Shown: positions 16,403-25,056, counted from the first letter of the stretch. The stretch: 32,000 nucleotides of DNA from Candidatus Binatia bacterium (GCA_041494945.1 JBGQBP010000007.1:1-32000), one strand, 5' to 3'. A program made the numbers and translations. Notes: generated by a model from the sequence alone, not told the origin.

Positions 16403-16933
16403 GTGCTTTTCGCCGATTGCCGGGAATATACCCGCCTGACGCAGGAGCTGGGAATCGAAAAGCTGGCGCCGGTTACGGAGGAATTTTTCAAGACGAGCGC
16501 CAGGGTGATTCGGGAACATCATGGGATCGTGGACCGCCTGCTGGGCGACGCCGTGATGGCTTTTTTCAACGTTCCCATCAAGCACGACGACCACGTGCTC
16601 CGCGCGGTCGAAGCGGCATTTCGAATTCAGGAAGGAGTAAAGCGCATCAACACAACGCTGGACGGCGAATTTGTCCTGGGTGTGGGCATCGGGATCTCCA
16701 CCGGCACGGCGCTGGCGACCAATATGGGCTCGACCAGATGCAGCGACTACACCATGGTCGGCGACAGCATCAACATCGCCTCGCGGCTGCAAGGGCAAGC
16801 GGCTCCGGGAGAAATATTGGTGACGGAAAATGCTTACAAGGCGATCAGCGCGGCTTTTCCCGGCGCCATGCGCGCCGAATACTTGTTAAAAGGGATTCCC
16901 CAGCCGGTTCCCGCTTACAGACTGGTGCGCTAG
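16403..16933 (+). CDS. class III adenylate/guanylate cyclase catalytic domain; the track start is a GTG without Shine-Dalgarno, and the frame continues upstream through one TGA to ATG 16235
   Basis: Recognised blocks are VLFADCREYT (metal Asp), LLGDAVMAFF (second Asp), GIGISTG and MVGDSINIASRLQ (Asn/Arg). See the finding on the in-frame TGA at 16361-16363. Confidence 0.8.
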   Translation: MLFADCREYTRLTQELGIEKLAPVTEEFFKTSARVIREHHGIVDRLLGDAVMAFFNVPIKHDDHVLRAVEAAFRIQEGVKRINTTLDGEFVLGVGIGISTGTALATNMGSTRCSDYTMVGDSINIASRLQGQAAPGEILVTENAYKAISAAFPGAMRAEYLLKGIPQPVPAYRLVR

Positions 16934-16967
16934 TTGTCATGTCGCCTAAAAAAGATAAGGACCCAAT

Positions 16968-17240
16968 ATGAACACAAAAATATTGCTGACCGTTTTTGCC
17001 GCGGTGTTTATTGCCGAGCTGGGGGACAAGACGCAACTGGCTACGTTGCTTTTCGCCGCGGACAAGGAAGTGAGTAAACTCACGGTATTCGTCGGCGCAT
17101 CCTTGGCGCTGATCGTTGCATCGGCTATCGGCGTGTTGGCCGGCGCTATGGTTTCGCAACACATCAGCGAGAAATATCTCCACTATGCGGCCGGCATCGG
17201 CTTCGTAGCGATAGGAATCTGGACTATTTTTAAAGCGTGA
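16968..17240 (+). CDS. UPF0016/GDT1/TMEM165-family half-size membrane protein (putative Mn2+/Ca2+ transporter subunit)
   Basis: 90 aa with three hydrophobic segments. The signature ELGDKTQ lies in the first helix. Confidence 0.85.
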   Translation: MNTKILLTVFAAVFIAELGDKTQLATLLFAADKEVSKLTVFVGASLALIVASAIGVLAGAMVSQHISEKYLHYAAGIGFVAIGIWTIFKA

Positions 17241-17250
17241 CTTCAGCAAG

Positions 17251-17943
17251 ATGGCGACTCGCTCAAAGAAGAGACGGCGTAAACCACGCGCCGCGCCGGT
17301 TAGGTCCATACCGTTGAATGAACCAAAAACGGCCGAAGCGGTACAGGAATGGCTGGAGCAACACGCTCAAGCCTCCGACCGATTTCGCCACGTCGCAGAG
17401 AAATACGATCAGCATCGGCAACAGCACGGCTGCATCGACGTGTATCCGTTCTCGAACGGACCTCTGCTGGGGGCGCTTGCGGCGACTTCGCGCGCGCGGA
17501 AGCTGCTTGAAGTCGGCTGCGGCTTGGGCTACAGCGGGCTCTGGCTCGCCTACGGCGCGGGTCCCGACGGAATCCTCGAGACCATCGAGCGCGATGAGCA
17601 ACACGCAAAAATTGCGCTGGGTCACTTCAAAGCCGAAGGGCTCGGCGACCGAATCAAAGTCCTTCACGGGATGGGCGCCTCGGTCCTGGCCGGTTTGCAG
17701 GGTTCCTACGATCTAATCTACTTCGACACCGATCCGGCGGAATCTTTGACCGACCTCGCGCACTTCGAGCGGCTGCTCAAGCCCGGCGCGCTGCTGGTTT
17801 CGACGAATCTCTTTCTCGGCCAGTACGCGCCGGATCTCCCGGGCCTGGACAAGAGCGCTCAGTACCGCGAGAGAATTCTCGACAGCAATCGCTGGCTCAC
17901 TGCTTATCTGCCCGATGGCACGGCTCTCAGCATCCGTCGCTGA
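17251..17943 (+). CDS. class I SAM-dependent O-methyltransferase (family-3-like)
   Basis: The SAM motif I reads LLEVGCGLGYSGLWLA. The acidic loop ETIERD and the downstream DLIYFD block are present. Confidence 0.85.
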   Translation: MATRSKKRRRKPRAAPVRSIPLNEPKTAEAVQEWLEQHAQASDRFRHVAEKYDQHRQQHGCIDVYPFSNGPLLGALAATSRARKLLEVGCGLGYSGLWLAYGAGPDGILETIERDEQHAKIALGHFKAEGLGDRIKVLHGMGASVLAGLQGSYDLIYFDTDPAESLTDLAHFERLLKPGALLVSTNLFLGQYAPDLPGLDKSAQYRERILDSNRWLTAYLPDGTALSIRR

Positions 17944-17972
17944 GAAACGAATTTACGTCAGGTTTTATCAGG

Positions 17973-18091
17973 CCGGTCAAAAAGGTCCCAGATACGAGGC
18001 GCGCGAGGAACCGACGAGCGCAGGCGTACTCTTTTCCGTACGTCGAGCGAGGAGGTCGAGCGCAACGAAGTAGATGGGTCTTTTTCACCGG
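17973..18091. repeat. 119-bp imperfect palindromic intergenic element (REP/MITE-like)
   Basis: The ends CCGGTCAAAAAGGTCCCA and TGGGTCTTTTTCACCGG are inverted (about 15 of 18 positions). The centre is CGTAC-tcttttcc-GTACG. Inside lie direct copies GCGAGGAaccGaCGAGCGCAggCG and GCGAGGAggtCGAGCGCAaCG. The element fills the gap between convergent genes. Confidence 0.45.
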
Positions 18092-18095
18092 CTTG

Positions 18096-18482
18096 TCAGG
18101 CCGCGGCCCAAAGCTCCCAGAGATTTCCGTCCGGATCTTTGACGTAGAGCGAATAGCTTTTCCCGTCGCCGTGGTCGCGGGTGTTCTCCACTTTGGTTCC
18201 GGCCTGCTCCAGCTCCTGCAAGGCTTTATCTTTTTCTTTCCACGGAATCATGATGGTGTGGTGCGGCACGCCCTGGCGCGGCGCTTTGGACGCGTCGAAG
18301 ATGTGGACCTGAAAATTTCCGAGCTGCACGTCCACTTCTTTGACCCGCCCGCGCTTCTGCTGCTCCTCGTTCGGCTCGATGCGCCGAACGACTTCGCCGC
18401 CGAGAAGCCCGGTGTAAAATTTTTCCGCTTGGGCCAAATCTTTGGCGTTGATCGCGAAGGTTCTTAGCGCTTTTACCTGCAT
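18096..18482 (-). CDS. VOC (glyoxalase/bleomycin-resistance/dioxygenase) family protein
   Basis: 128 aa. It has the beta-alpha-beta-beta-beta-type pattern (FAINAKDLAQAEKFYTGLLGGEVV ... HHTIMIPW ... LYVKDPDGNLWEL). Confidence 0.85.
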   Translation of the reverse strand: MQVKALRTFAINAKDLAQAEKFYTGLLGGEVVRRIEPNEEQQKRGRVKEVDVQLGNFQVHIFDASKAPRQGVPHHTIMIPWKEKDKALQELEQAGTKVENTRDHGDGKSYSLYVKDPDGNLWELWAAA

Positions 18483-18530
18483 GGTATCCTCCTTACCTCT
18501 GTTTACTTCCCATCACGCTTACGCCTATAC

Positions 18531-19550
18531 TTGCGGTTGTCTTTTAAATCAAGCCGGAGGAGGCCTCCCGTGGCTGGATTTCTAATCGTACTTCTCGCAT
18601 CTCTGCTTTCTTCCGCAGCCGCATTCGCCCAAGCTCCGACTCGCCTCGCCTCCGGCTACAGCGCCATCTCCGGTCCTCACGCCGTTCTCTGGATCGCGCG
18701 TGAGGCGGGGCTGTTCGAGAAGAACGGCCTCCGCGCGGAGGTCGCCTATATACGCAGCGGCACGACCATGTCGCAGGCGCTGCTCGCGGGCGAATTGCAG
18801 GTTGCCCAGACGGGCGGGCCGGCGGTGCTGCAGGCCGCGGTGGGCGGCGCGGATTTCGTGCTGGTCGCCGTCGCGCTGAACACGACTCCAATTGTCATCA
18901 TGGGCACCGTCTCGAAGATCGAAGATCTCAAGGGCAAAGCGATCGGGGTGACCCGCTACGGCGCGAATACGGACATCTCGACGCGGTTTGCGCTGAGAAA
19001 ATTCGGCCTGCAGCCGGACAAGGACGTTGCGATGGTTCAACTCGAAGACTATCCCGGCATCATGGGCGGCATCGCCTCCGGCCGAATCGCCGCGGGCGCT
19101 CTGGCCGATCCGTTCACCGAGCACGCGGCGAAGCTGGGCTACAAGGAGATCGCCAACATCGCCGCGCTGGGGCTTGAATTTCCCTTCGTCACGCTCGCGG
19201 CGAAGAAATCCTACGTGCGCGATCACGCCGACGTCGTGCAACGCTTTGTGCGCGCCTATATCGAGGCGATTGCGCTCTACAAGAACAAGCCCGAACTCGC
19301 CGCCAAGGTGACGGAAAAATATACCGGCATCAAGGATCCCGCGATTCTCTCCTCGACCGTGAGCTTCTACGCCCCCAAGCTCGCGCGCGCGCCTTACCCG
19401 ACGGCGGGTGGAATCAGCTTCGTGCTCGATCAGATCGCGGTCCGCGATCCCAGAGCGAAGAACGTCGCCCCGGAAACTCTCATGGACACGCGCTTCGTAA
19501 AACAGCTGGACGAGAGCGGCTTCATCAAAAGTCTCTATTCCGGACGGTAG
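18531..19550 (+). CDS. ABC transporter substrate-binding protein, NMT1/THI5 (nitrate/sulfonate/bicarbonate) type
   Basis: 339 aa with a signal peptide ending AAAFAQAP. Family blocks such as LFEKNGL.AEV and DLKGKAIGV are present. An alternative GTG start at 18570 has a GGAGGAGG Shine-Dalgarno 6 nt upstream. Confidence 0.85.
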   Translation: MRLSFKSSRRRPPVAGFLIVLLASLLSSAAAFAQAPTRLASGYSAISGPHAVLWIAREAGLFEKNGLRAEVAYIRSGTTMSQALLAGELQVAQTGGPAVLQAAVGGADFVLVAVALNTTPIVIMGTVSKIEDLKGKAIGVTRYGANTDISTRFALRKFGLQPDKDVAMVQLEDYPGIMGGIASGRIAAGALADPFTEHAAKLGYKEIANIAALGLEFPFVTLAAKKSYVRDHADVVQRFVRAYIEAIALYKNKPELAAKVTEKYTGIKDPAILSSTVSFYAPKLARAPYPTAGGISFVLDQIAVRDPRAKNVAPETLMDTRFVKQLDESGFIKSLYSGR

Positions 19551-19624
19551 CCCGTTGTTTTCCCCAAGCTTCTTCTGCTATGGCTTTTTCTGGTTTCCGC
19601 GAGTGAAATAAAAAGGAGGACGGT

Positions 19625-20722
19625 ATGATCCGGCGCGCATCCCAATGGCTCTTCGGCCTGGCGGTTTTTCTTACCCTGGGGGGATTGGCCCATGGCGCTC
19701 CGGCAAAGACGGTTGAAGATACTCTCAACGAGATCAACAAGCTCTCGCCGGCCGAGCGGCAGAAGCGGCTGGAGGAAGGGGCCAAAAAAGAGGGCGCGGT
19801 CCAATTTTATTCCAACGAGAACATCGATCTCTTGCAGCAGCAGGCCCAAGGTTTCATGAAGCGCTATCCATTCGTGAAGGCCGATTACTGGCGCGGCAGC
19901 GGCGCGCGACTGGTGGAGCGGGTGCTGCTCGAGCATCGCGCCAAGAAGCTCGACGCCGACGTGGTCAACGTGCCGTTCGAAGCCGGCCTGGCGGTCAAGA
20001 AGGAAAATGTCTGGATAGTTTACCGGTCGCCGGAGCTCAAGAACTATTCAAAGATGTACGCGGACGAAAAAGGATTCTGGAACTCGGGCCACTTGAACAT
20101 CGCGGTCATCGCCTACAATACCAAAATGGTCAAGCCGGAAGAGGCGCCCAAGGATTACCCCGACCTCTTCAATCCGAAGTGGAAAGGAGATCTCTCGATC
20201 GACCAGGAGCCGGACCGGGCGTTGATGGGCTGGCTCGTGGCGTGGGGCGAGGAGAAGACGCGCGACTTCCTCAAACGGCTCATGCGCAACGGCATGGTCG
20301 CCCGCCGCGGCCACACGCAGCAGATCCAGCTCCTCTGCGGCGGCGAGTTCAAGATCGGCGTGGAGATGTACGCTTACAGGGTCGCGCAGTTAAAATACGA
20401 AAAGAAATGCCCCGTTGCGTTGAGTTTTCCCAACCCGACGCCGGGCTCGGTGGGGAGTCTTGCCGGCATCAACCGCAACGCGCGGCATCCGCACGCCGCG
20501 GCGCTCTTCAACGACTTCATTCTCTCCGCCGAAGGCGCGAAGCTTCTCGCCGCGACGGGGCGCATCCCCGGCCACAAAGACGTCAAGTCGATTTACGAAG
20601 AAGTCTCGCAGTTGGAGCAGAAAAAAGTTCCGCTCCTGATCGTGCCGCCCGAAAAAGCCGACGAGCTGGGAGAAGTGGCGAAAAAGATTATGGAGGAAAT
20701 TCTAATTCGTAAGCAATTTTAG
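19625..20722 (+). CDS. ABC transporter substrate-binding protein (Fe3+/solute-binding family 1 type), orphan paralog of 10251-11354
   Basis: 365 aa with a signal peptide (LFGLAVFLTLGGLAHGAP) and an AGGAGG Shine-Dalgarno. It shares sequence blocks with 10251-11354. No permease or ATPase gene is adjacent. Confidence 0.85.
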   Translation: MIRRASQWLFGLAVFLTLGGLAHGAPAKTVEDTLNEINKLSPAERQKRLEEGAKKEGAVQFYSNENIDLLQQQAQGFMKRYPFVKADYWRGSGARLVERVLLEHRAKKLDADVVNVPFEAGLAVKKENVWIVYRSPELKNYSKMYADEKGFWNSGHLNIAVIAYNTKMVKPEEAPKDYPDLFNPKWKGDLSIDQEPDRALMGWLVAWGEEKTRDFLKRLMRNGMVARRGHTQQIQLLCGGEFKIGVEMYAYRVAQLKYEKKCPVALSFPNPTPGSVGSLAGINRNARHPHAAALFNDFILSAEGAKLLAATGRIPGHKDVKSIYEEVSQLEQKKVPLLIVPPEKADELGEVAKKIMEEILIRKQF

Positions 20723-20764
20723 TTTGAACCAGAATTCAAAACTCAACATTCAAAATTCAAAACT

Positions 20765-22351
20765 TCAGTAGCCTAAGGCGCAGCCGTCCTTGCGCGGGTC
20801 GGAGCCGCCGAGGAGCGTGCCGTATTCCGGATGAATCAAAATGCCCTGACTGCCGCCGAAGTTGGCTTCACTGACAATCTGATGGCCCTTTCTTTTTAAC
20901 TCCTCGATCACGCCCGCCTCAAACCCCGCTTCCAGCGCGACCTCGAATCCTTCAAGGTGATTCACGCGCGGCGCATCCATCGCCTGTTGGAGCGGCATGC
21001 CGAAGTCGATCAGGTTCGCCAGCACCTGGACCTGCCCCTGCGGCTGCATGTGGGCGCCGGTCACGCCAAAGATTAAAAACGGCTTGCCGTCCTTGAAAAC
21101 CATGGCGGGCATGATCGTGTGCTGCGAGCGCTTGTGCGGCGCGACGCAGTTGCGATGAGCGGGATCGAGCGAGAAAAGCTTGCCGCGATTTTGCAGCATG
21201 ATGCCGGTGTTTCCGGCGGCGAGGCCGCAGCCGAAGCTTTCGAACAGACTGTTGATGAACGAGACCGCGTTGCCGTCTTTGTCGACGGCGCAGAAGACCT
21301 GCGTGTCGCCGGAGACCGCGCCGAGTCCGGGCGGATATTCGCCCGCACGGTCGGGATCGATCCGCTTAACTCTCTCGGCGACGTAGGATTTACTGATGAG
21401 CTTTTCCACCGGAATTTGGGCGCGCTCGGGATCGGCAAGATATCGGTCGCGGTCGGCAAACGCGAGCTTTTTGATTTCGACGAGCAAGTGAATGTAAGCG
21501 GCGCTGCCGAAGCCGAGAGCGCGGACATCGAACCGCTCCAGCATGTTGAGCATTTGGAGCACCGTCATTCCCTGCGTATTGGGCGGCATCTCGAGGACTT
21601 CGTAGCCACGGTAGTTGGTCTTGATCGGCTCGACCCACGTGGACGTGTGATCCGAGAAATCTTTCAGAGACAGCAGGCCGCCGTTTTTTTGGGAGAACTT
21701 CACGGTCTCTTCCGCCAGCGCGCCGCCGTAAAAAACTTTTTTGCCGTGGGCGGTGATTTTTTTCAGGCTCGCGGCGAGATTTTTCTGGCGGAATATTTCT
21801 CCGGCGTTCGGGGCGCGGCCGTTCACGAGGTAATTGGCCGCTGAGTTCGGGTGGGCGGAAAGTTTTTCCGCCGCCTTGCGCCATTCGTGGGCGGTCTTCT
21901 CGGCCACGGGAAATCCCTCTTCGGCGTAGCGGATCGCCGGCTGGAGCAGCTCGGCGAGGCTCATCGTGCCGTAGCGCTCCGTCACGAGCGCCCAGCCGTC
22001 GAGCGCGCCGGGGACGGTGACCGGCAGCATGCCGCCGTCCGGCATCGCGGCGATTTTGTTTTCTTTGAAATAATCCAGCGTGGCGGCGTAAGGCGCGCGC
22101 CCGCTGGCGTTCAGCGCTTGGATCGCTCGGTTCTGGGCCAGGTATATAAGGATATACGCGTCGCCGCCGATGCCGGTGGACATCGGCTCGACCACGTTCA
22201 ACACCGCCGCCATGCAGACCGTGGCGTCGATTGCGTTGCCGCCGCGCTTCAAGACATCGAGTCCCGCCTGCGTCGCCAGCGGTTGGGAAGAGACCGTCAT
22301 GCCGTGGAGTCCCACCGGCATCGAGCGTCCGGCCGTAAGGGATTTTTCCAT
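20765..22351 (-). CDS. ggt: gamma-glutamyltransferase family protein
   Basis: 528 aa. Recognised blocks are TGIGGDAYILIY, the autoprocessing region GDTQVFCAVDKDGNAVSFINS, and C-terminal GGSDPRKDG. Confidence 0.92.
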   Translation of the reverse strand: MEKSLTAGRSMPVGLHGMTVSSQPLATQAGLDVLKRGGNAIDATVCMAAVLNVVEPMSTGIGGDAYILIYLAQNRAIQALNASGRAPYAATLDYFKENKIAAMPDGGMLPVTVPGALDGWALVTERYGTMSLAELLQPAIRYAEEGFPVAEKTAHEWRKAAEKLSAHPNSAANYLVNGRAPNAGEIFRQKNLAASLKKITAHGKKVFYGGALAEETVKFSQKNGGLLSLKDFSDHTSTWVEPIKTNYRGYEVLEMPPNTQGMTVLQMLNMLERFDVRALGFGSAAYIHLLVEIKKLAFADRDRYLADPERAQIPVEKLISKSYVAERVKRIDPDRAGEYPPGLGAVSGDTQVFCAVDKDGNAVSFINSLFESFGCGLAAGNTGIMLQNRGKLFSLDPAHRNCVAPHKRSQHTIMPAMVFKDGKPFLIFGVTGAHMQPQGQVQVLANLIDFGMPLQQAMDAPRVNHLEGFEVALEAGFEAGVIEELKRKGHQIVSEANFGGSQGILIHPEYGTLLGGSDPRKDGCALGY

Positions 22352-22353
22352 GG

Positions 22354-22860
22354 CTATTTCCAGCTAAGCGCGAGACCTAAAAGCAGGATGACCACTCCAA
22401 GCGTCATGTTGATCTTCAGCAGTATGAACCATTTTCTCCAGGCGGCGGTCAGCGGCTCGGGCCACGCGGCCGCGCCGGCAGCCGTCCCGGCGGTGGCGGA
22501 AGCGATCTTCGGTGCGTATTTGAACGCTTGAAGCGAGTGGTGAAAAATCATCGCCACAAAAAGCAGCAGCTTCGCCGCCAGGATCCAGTAGTAACCGGTT
22601 TCGGGATGAACGACGCCGGCCGCGGCGTGAAAATAAAAGTTCAACACGCCGGTGAGAAACAAGAGATGGATCGCGATCCAGGAAAGCATTTGAAGCGATT
22701 CGCGCCCGTGATTCAGCGCGCGAATCCCGTCGGCCGGGGCGAGACAGTGGACCGCGGGGCCGAAGACGAAAAGAAAAAAGGCCATACCCCCCACCCAAAC
22801 GGCGACGGAAACGAGGTGGAGCCAGAGATTCGCGCTCTGTAGTATAGGCAAAATATTCAT
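22354..22860 (-). CDS. integral membrane protein, CopD/DUF4149-like
   Basis: 168 aa with four or five hydrophobic helices (LWLHLVSVAVWVGGMAFFLFVF..). It ends 2 nt before the ggt start. The family assignment is tentative. Confidence 0.65.
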   Translation of the reverse strand: MNILPILQSANLWLHLVSVAVWVGGMAFFLFVFGPAVHCLAPADGIRALNHGRESLQMLSWIAIHLLFLTGVLNFYFHAAAGVVHPETGYYWILAAKLLLFVAMIFHHSLQAFKYAPKIASATAGTAAGAAAWPEPLTAAWRKWFILLKINMTLGVVILLLGLALSWK

Positions 22861-22948
22861 GCGTATTCCCGGAACAGCTCATCGCTTAGCATTCTAAAGA
22901 ACTTAGTGCAACGCGGCGTGACCATGCCTTCACCGGACAACTCCATGC

Positions 22949-22964
22949 CGGGTTTCCATTTGCT
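22949..22964 (+). promoter_or_regulatory. weak sigma-54-like promoter candidate (CGGGTTTCCATTTGCT)
   Basis: GG and GC have the canonical spacing (GG at 22950-22951, TTGC at 22960-22963). The -24 element is poor (no TGGCAC). It lies about 25 nt upstream of the kinase-like ORF. Confidence 0.3.
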
Positions 22965-22987
22965 TCCGCTCGTGATATTTTTTTATC

Positions 22988-23668
22988 GTGCAGCCAAATA
23001 AGGGAATTCTCTCTCTCTCAGAAATGACGAGGAGAATCGTGCAAATAATTCGCAACCCCCTCAACGCCCTTCAGCTCAATATAGATAATCTGGAAGACGA
23101 GATTGCCGAGGTCAATGTAGAGACTAGCCTGGAGCGGCTCAGAAGGATGCGAAATACAATCGCGGAGATGGATTCCTTTCTCTGTGAAGTCCTTCGACTT
23201 TCAGAGCTGCCAAAGCCCCGAATCACGGCCATTGACGTCAATGCGCTAGTCAGGGATGTAGAAACCTTCGCCAAACCCGAGGCATCGAAAAAGGTATTGA
23301 CCGTAAGAATAGATCTCCAAGATAATGTGCCGACAATACAGGGCGACCCGATACAAATTAAGCAAGCGATCTTAAACATTCTCCTCAATGCGATTGAGAG
23401 ATCCGCCTCTAAAGGCTCCATTACTATTGCCACAGAAACGAAAGACAGTAACGTATCGATTCGAGTTGAAGACAAAGGCGAAGGTATTCAGCCGGCTCAT
23501 CGAGACCGGATCTTTGAACCTTTTTTTTCCACCAAAGAGGGAGGGGTAGGGCTCGGACTTGCGCTGGCCCTAGAAATCATAAAGGGGCACCACGGCCATA
23601 TAACCTTCACCTCGGAAGTCGGCAAGGGCAGTAGCTTCATCATCTCTTTACCCGTTAAAGGCGGATAG
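22988..23668 (+). CDS. sensor-less histidine-kinase-like protein (DHp plus HATPase_c) lacking the phospho-acceptor His
   Basis: The H-box position reads RRIVQIIRNPLNAL, where canonical kinases have HE(I/L)RNPL. The N box (QAILNILLNAIERS), G1 (VEDKGEGI), F (FEPFFSTK) and G2 (GGVGLGLA) are intact. There is no TM or PAS region. The start may be GTG 22988 or ATG 23024. Confidence 0.85.
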   Translation: MQPNKGILSLSEMTRRIVQIIRNPLNALQLNIDNLEDEIAEVNVETSLERLRRMRNTIAEMDSFLCEVLRLSELPKPRITAIDVNALVRDVETFAKPEASKKVLTVRIDLQDNVPTIQGDPIQIKQAILNILLNAIERSASKGSITIATETKDSNVSIRVEDKGEGIQPAHRDRIFEPFFSTKEGGVGLGLALALEIIKGHHGHITFTSEVGKGSSFIISLPVKGG

Positions 23669-23679
23669 CGGCAGAAACA

Positions 23680-25056
23680 ATGAACGGTCGGAAGGTTTTG
23701 ATCGTTGAAGATCATCAGGAAAGCCGGGAAAGCCTGGCCACAGCCCTAAAAAAAGCGCGCTTCGATGTGCTGGAGGCCGGTTCCTTAAAAACCGCTCTCT
23801 CTACGATTTCTGACGGTCAAGTCACGGCCATCGTTAGCGAGCTCAAGCTTCCTGACGGCGACGGCTTCAGCCTTCTCGCTCACCTCAGAAAAAATGGTCC
23901 AGAATGCCCCATCATATTTGTTACAGCGTTTGGAACTATGAGCTCAGCAATTCGCGCGATGAAGATGGGCGCAGCGGATTTTTTGAGTAAACCTGTCACA
24001 GCCAAAGACATAACCAATGCCCTGGCTGAGGTCATAGAAAAATGGGATCGCAAAAATGAAGGAAAGGCCGCGGAGTCTTCGAACCGGGCGTTTCAGCCAC
24101 AGAATGTCATCGTCGGGGAGTCTTCGGCGATGGCGGATCTTTTCGGCCTCGTTCGCCGCGTTGCACCCTATGACAGCAATATCTTACTCTGCGGTGAAAG
24201 CGGCTCGGGGAAGGAAGTCGTCGCGCGGGAGATTCATAGATTAAGCCCCAGGAACGATAAACTGTTTGTGCCGGTTAACTGCGCGTCGCTATCGGACGAG
24301 CTTCTTGAGAATGAACTCTTTGGTCATGAGAGGGGGGCATTTACCGGAGCCCATGAAAGAAAAATTGGAGTCTTTGAGACCGCTGATGAAGGCACCCTAT
24401 TCCTTGACGAAATTAATGAGATGGGACTCAGGTCCCAGGCGAAGCTGCTCCGGGCTTTGGAACGCAAAGAATTCCGCAGGGTGGGAGGAACAAAAAAAAT
24501 CAGAAGTAACTTGCGGCTAATCTCTGCAACCAATGTGAATCTAGAGGAGGAGGTCAAAGCTCGGAGATTTCGCGAGGACCTTTACTATCGGATTAAAGTG
24601 GTCACGCTTAATATTCCTCCGCTTCGTGCGCGGAAGGATGACATTCCCTTCTTGCTGACGGCATTCCTGGCGGAATTCGAGAGAGTCACTCGGAAAACCA
24701 TCCGAAAGGTTACTCCGGAGGCCTTTGCTCGGTTGCAGGCTTACCCTTGGCCCGGCAATGTCAGGGAGCTCAGGAACGTGGTGGAAAGCATCGCTTTGAT
24801 GACTGACGGGGATACCCTCGATGTGAATAATCTCCCGCAGAACATTCGTGGGAGCGTAAATACCCAAGAGATCAAATTCCCGGTCGGTGTAACCATGGAG
24901 GAAGCAGAGAAGGAGATTATTCGCCGGTATCTGGAGTACTTTCCAACGAAGAAAGAGGCTGCCCATGCCCTCAGGATAGGGCTTCGCACCCTTTACCATA
25001 AAATAAAGAAGTTTAACTTTCCGAGCTCCGAACCTGAGCCTAAACAGCAACCTTAG
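23680..25056 (+). CDS. sigma-54-dependent transcriptional activator (NtrC family: REC, AAA+ and Fis-type HTH) with Glu at the acceptor position
   Basis: The REC domain reads VLIVEDHQES..AIVSELKLPDGDG, with E where NtrC has D54. The AAA+ domain has Walker A GESGSGKE, the GAFTGA loop and Walker B GTLFLDEI. The C-terminal HTH reads KKEAAHALRIGLRTLYHKIKKF. Confidence 0.93.
   Translation: MNGRKVLIVEDHQESRESLATALKKARFDVLEAGSLKTALSTISDGQVTAIVSELKLPDGDGFSLLAHLRKNGPECPIIFVTAFGTMSSAIRAMKMGAADFLSKPVTAKDITNALAEVIEKWDRKNEGKAAESSNRAFQPQNVIVGESSAMADLFGLVRRVAPYDSNILLCGESGSGKEVVAREIHRLSPRNDKLFVPVNCASLSDELLENELFGHERGAFTGAHERKIGVFETADEGTLFLDEINEMGLRSQAKLLRALERKEFRRVGGTKKIRSNLRLISATNVNLEEEVKARRFREDLYYRIKVVTLNIPPLRARKDDIPFLLTAFLAEFERVTRKTIRKVTPEAFARLQAYPWPGNVRELRNVVESIALMTDGDTLDVNNLPQNIRGSVNTQEIKFPVGVTMEEAEKEIIRRYLEYFPTKKEAAHALRIGLRTLYHKIKKFNFPSSEPEPKQQP

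Noticed and set aside
16403-17240. Cyclase followed by a small membrane protein; considered as a Pycsar/CBASS-like cyclic-nucleotide defence pair
   Set aside because: The downstream protein is a UPF0016 (ELGDKTQ) cation-transporter half-unit. It has no cyclic-nucleotide-binding, TIR or other effector domain. The cyclase has ordinary class III purine-cyclase motifs, and no other defence hallmarks are nearby.
20723-20764. AT-rich spacer with three TTCAAAA repeats and a TTTGAA/TTCAAA inverted pair between convergent genes
   Set aside because: It is too short and low-complexity to call a binding-site array. It is most simply a weak bidirectional terminator or spacer.
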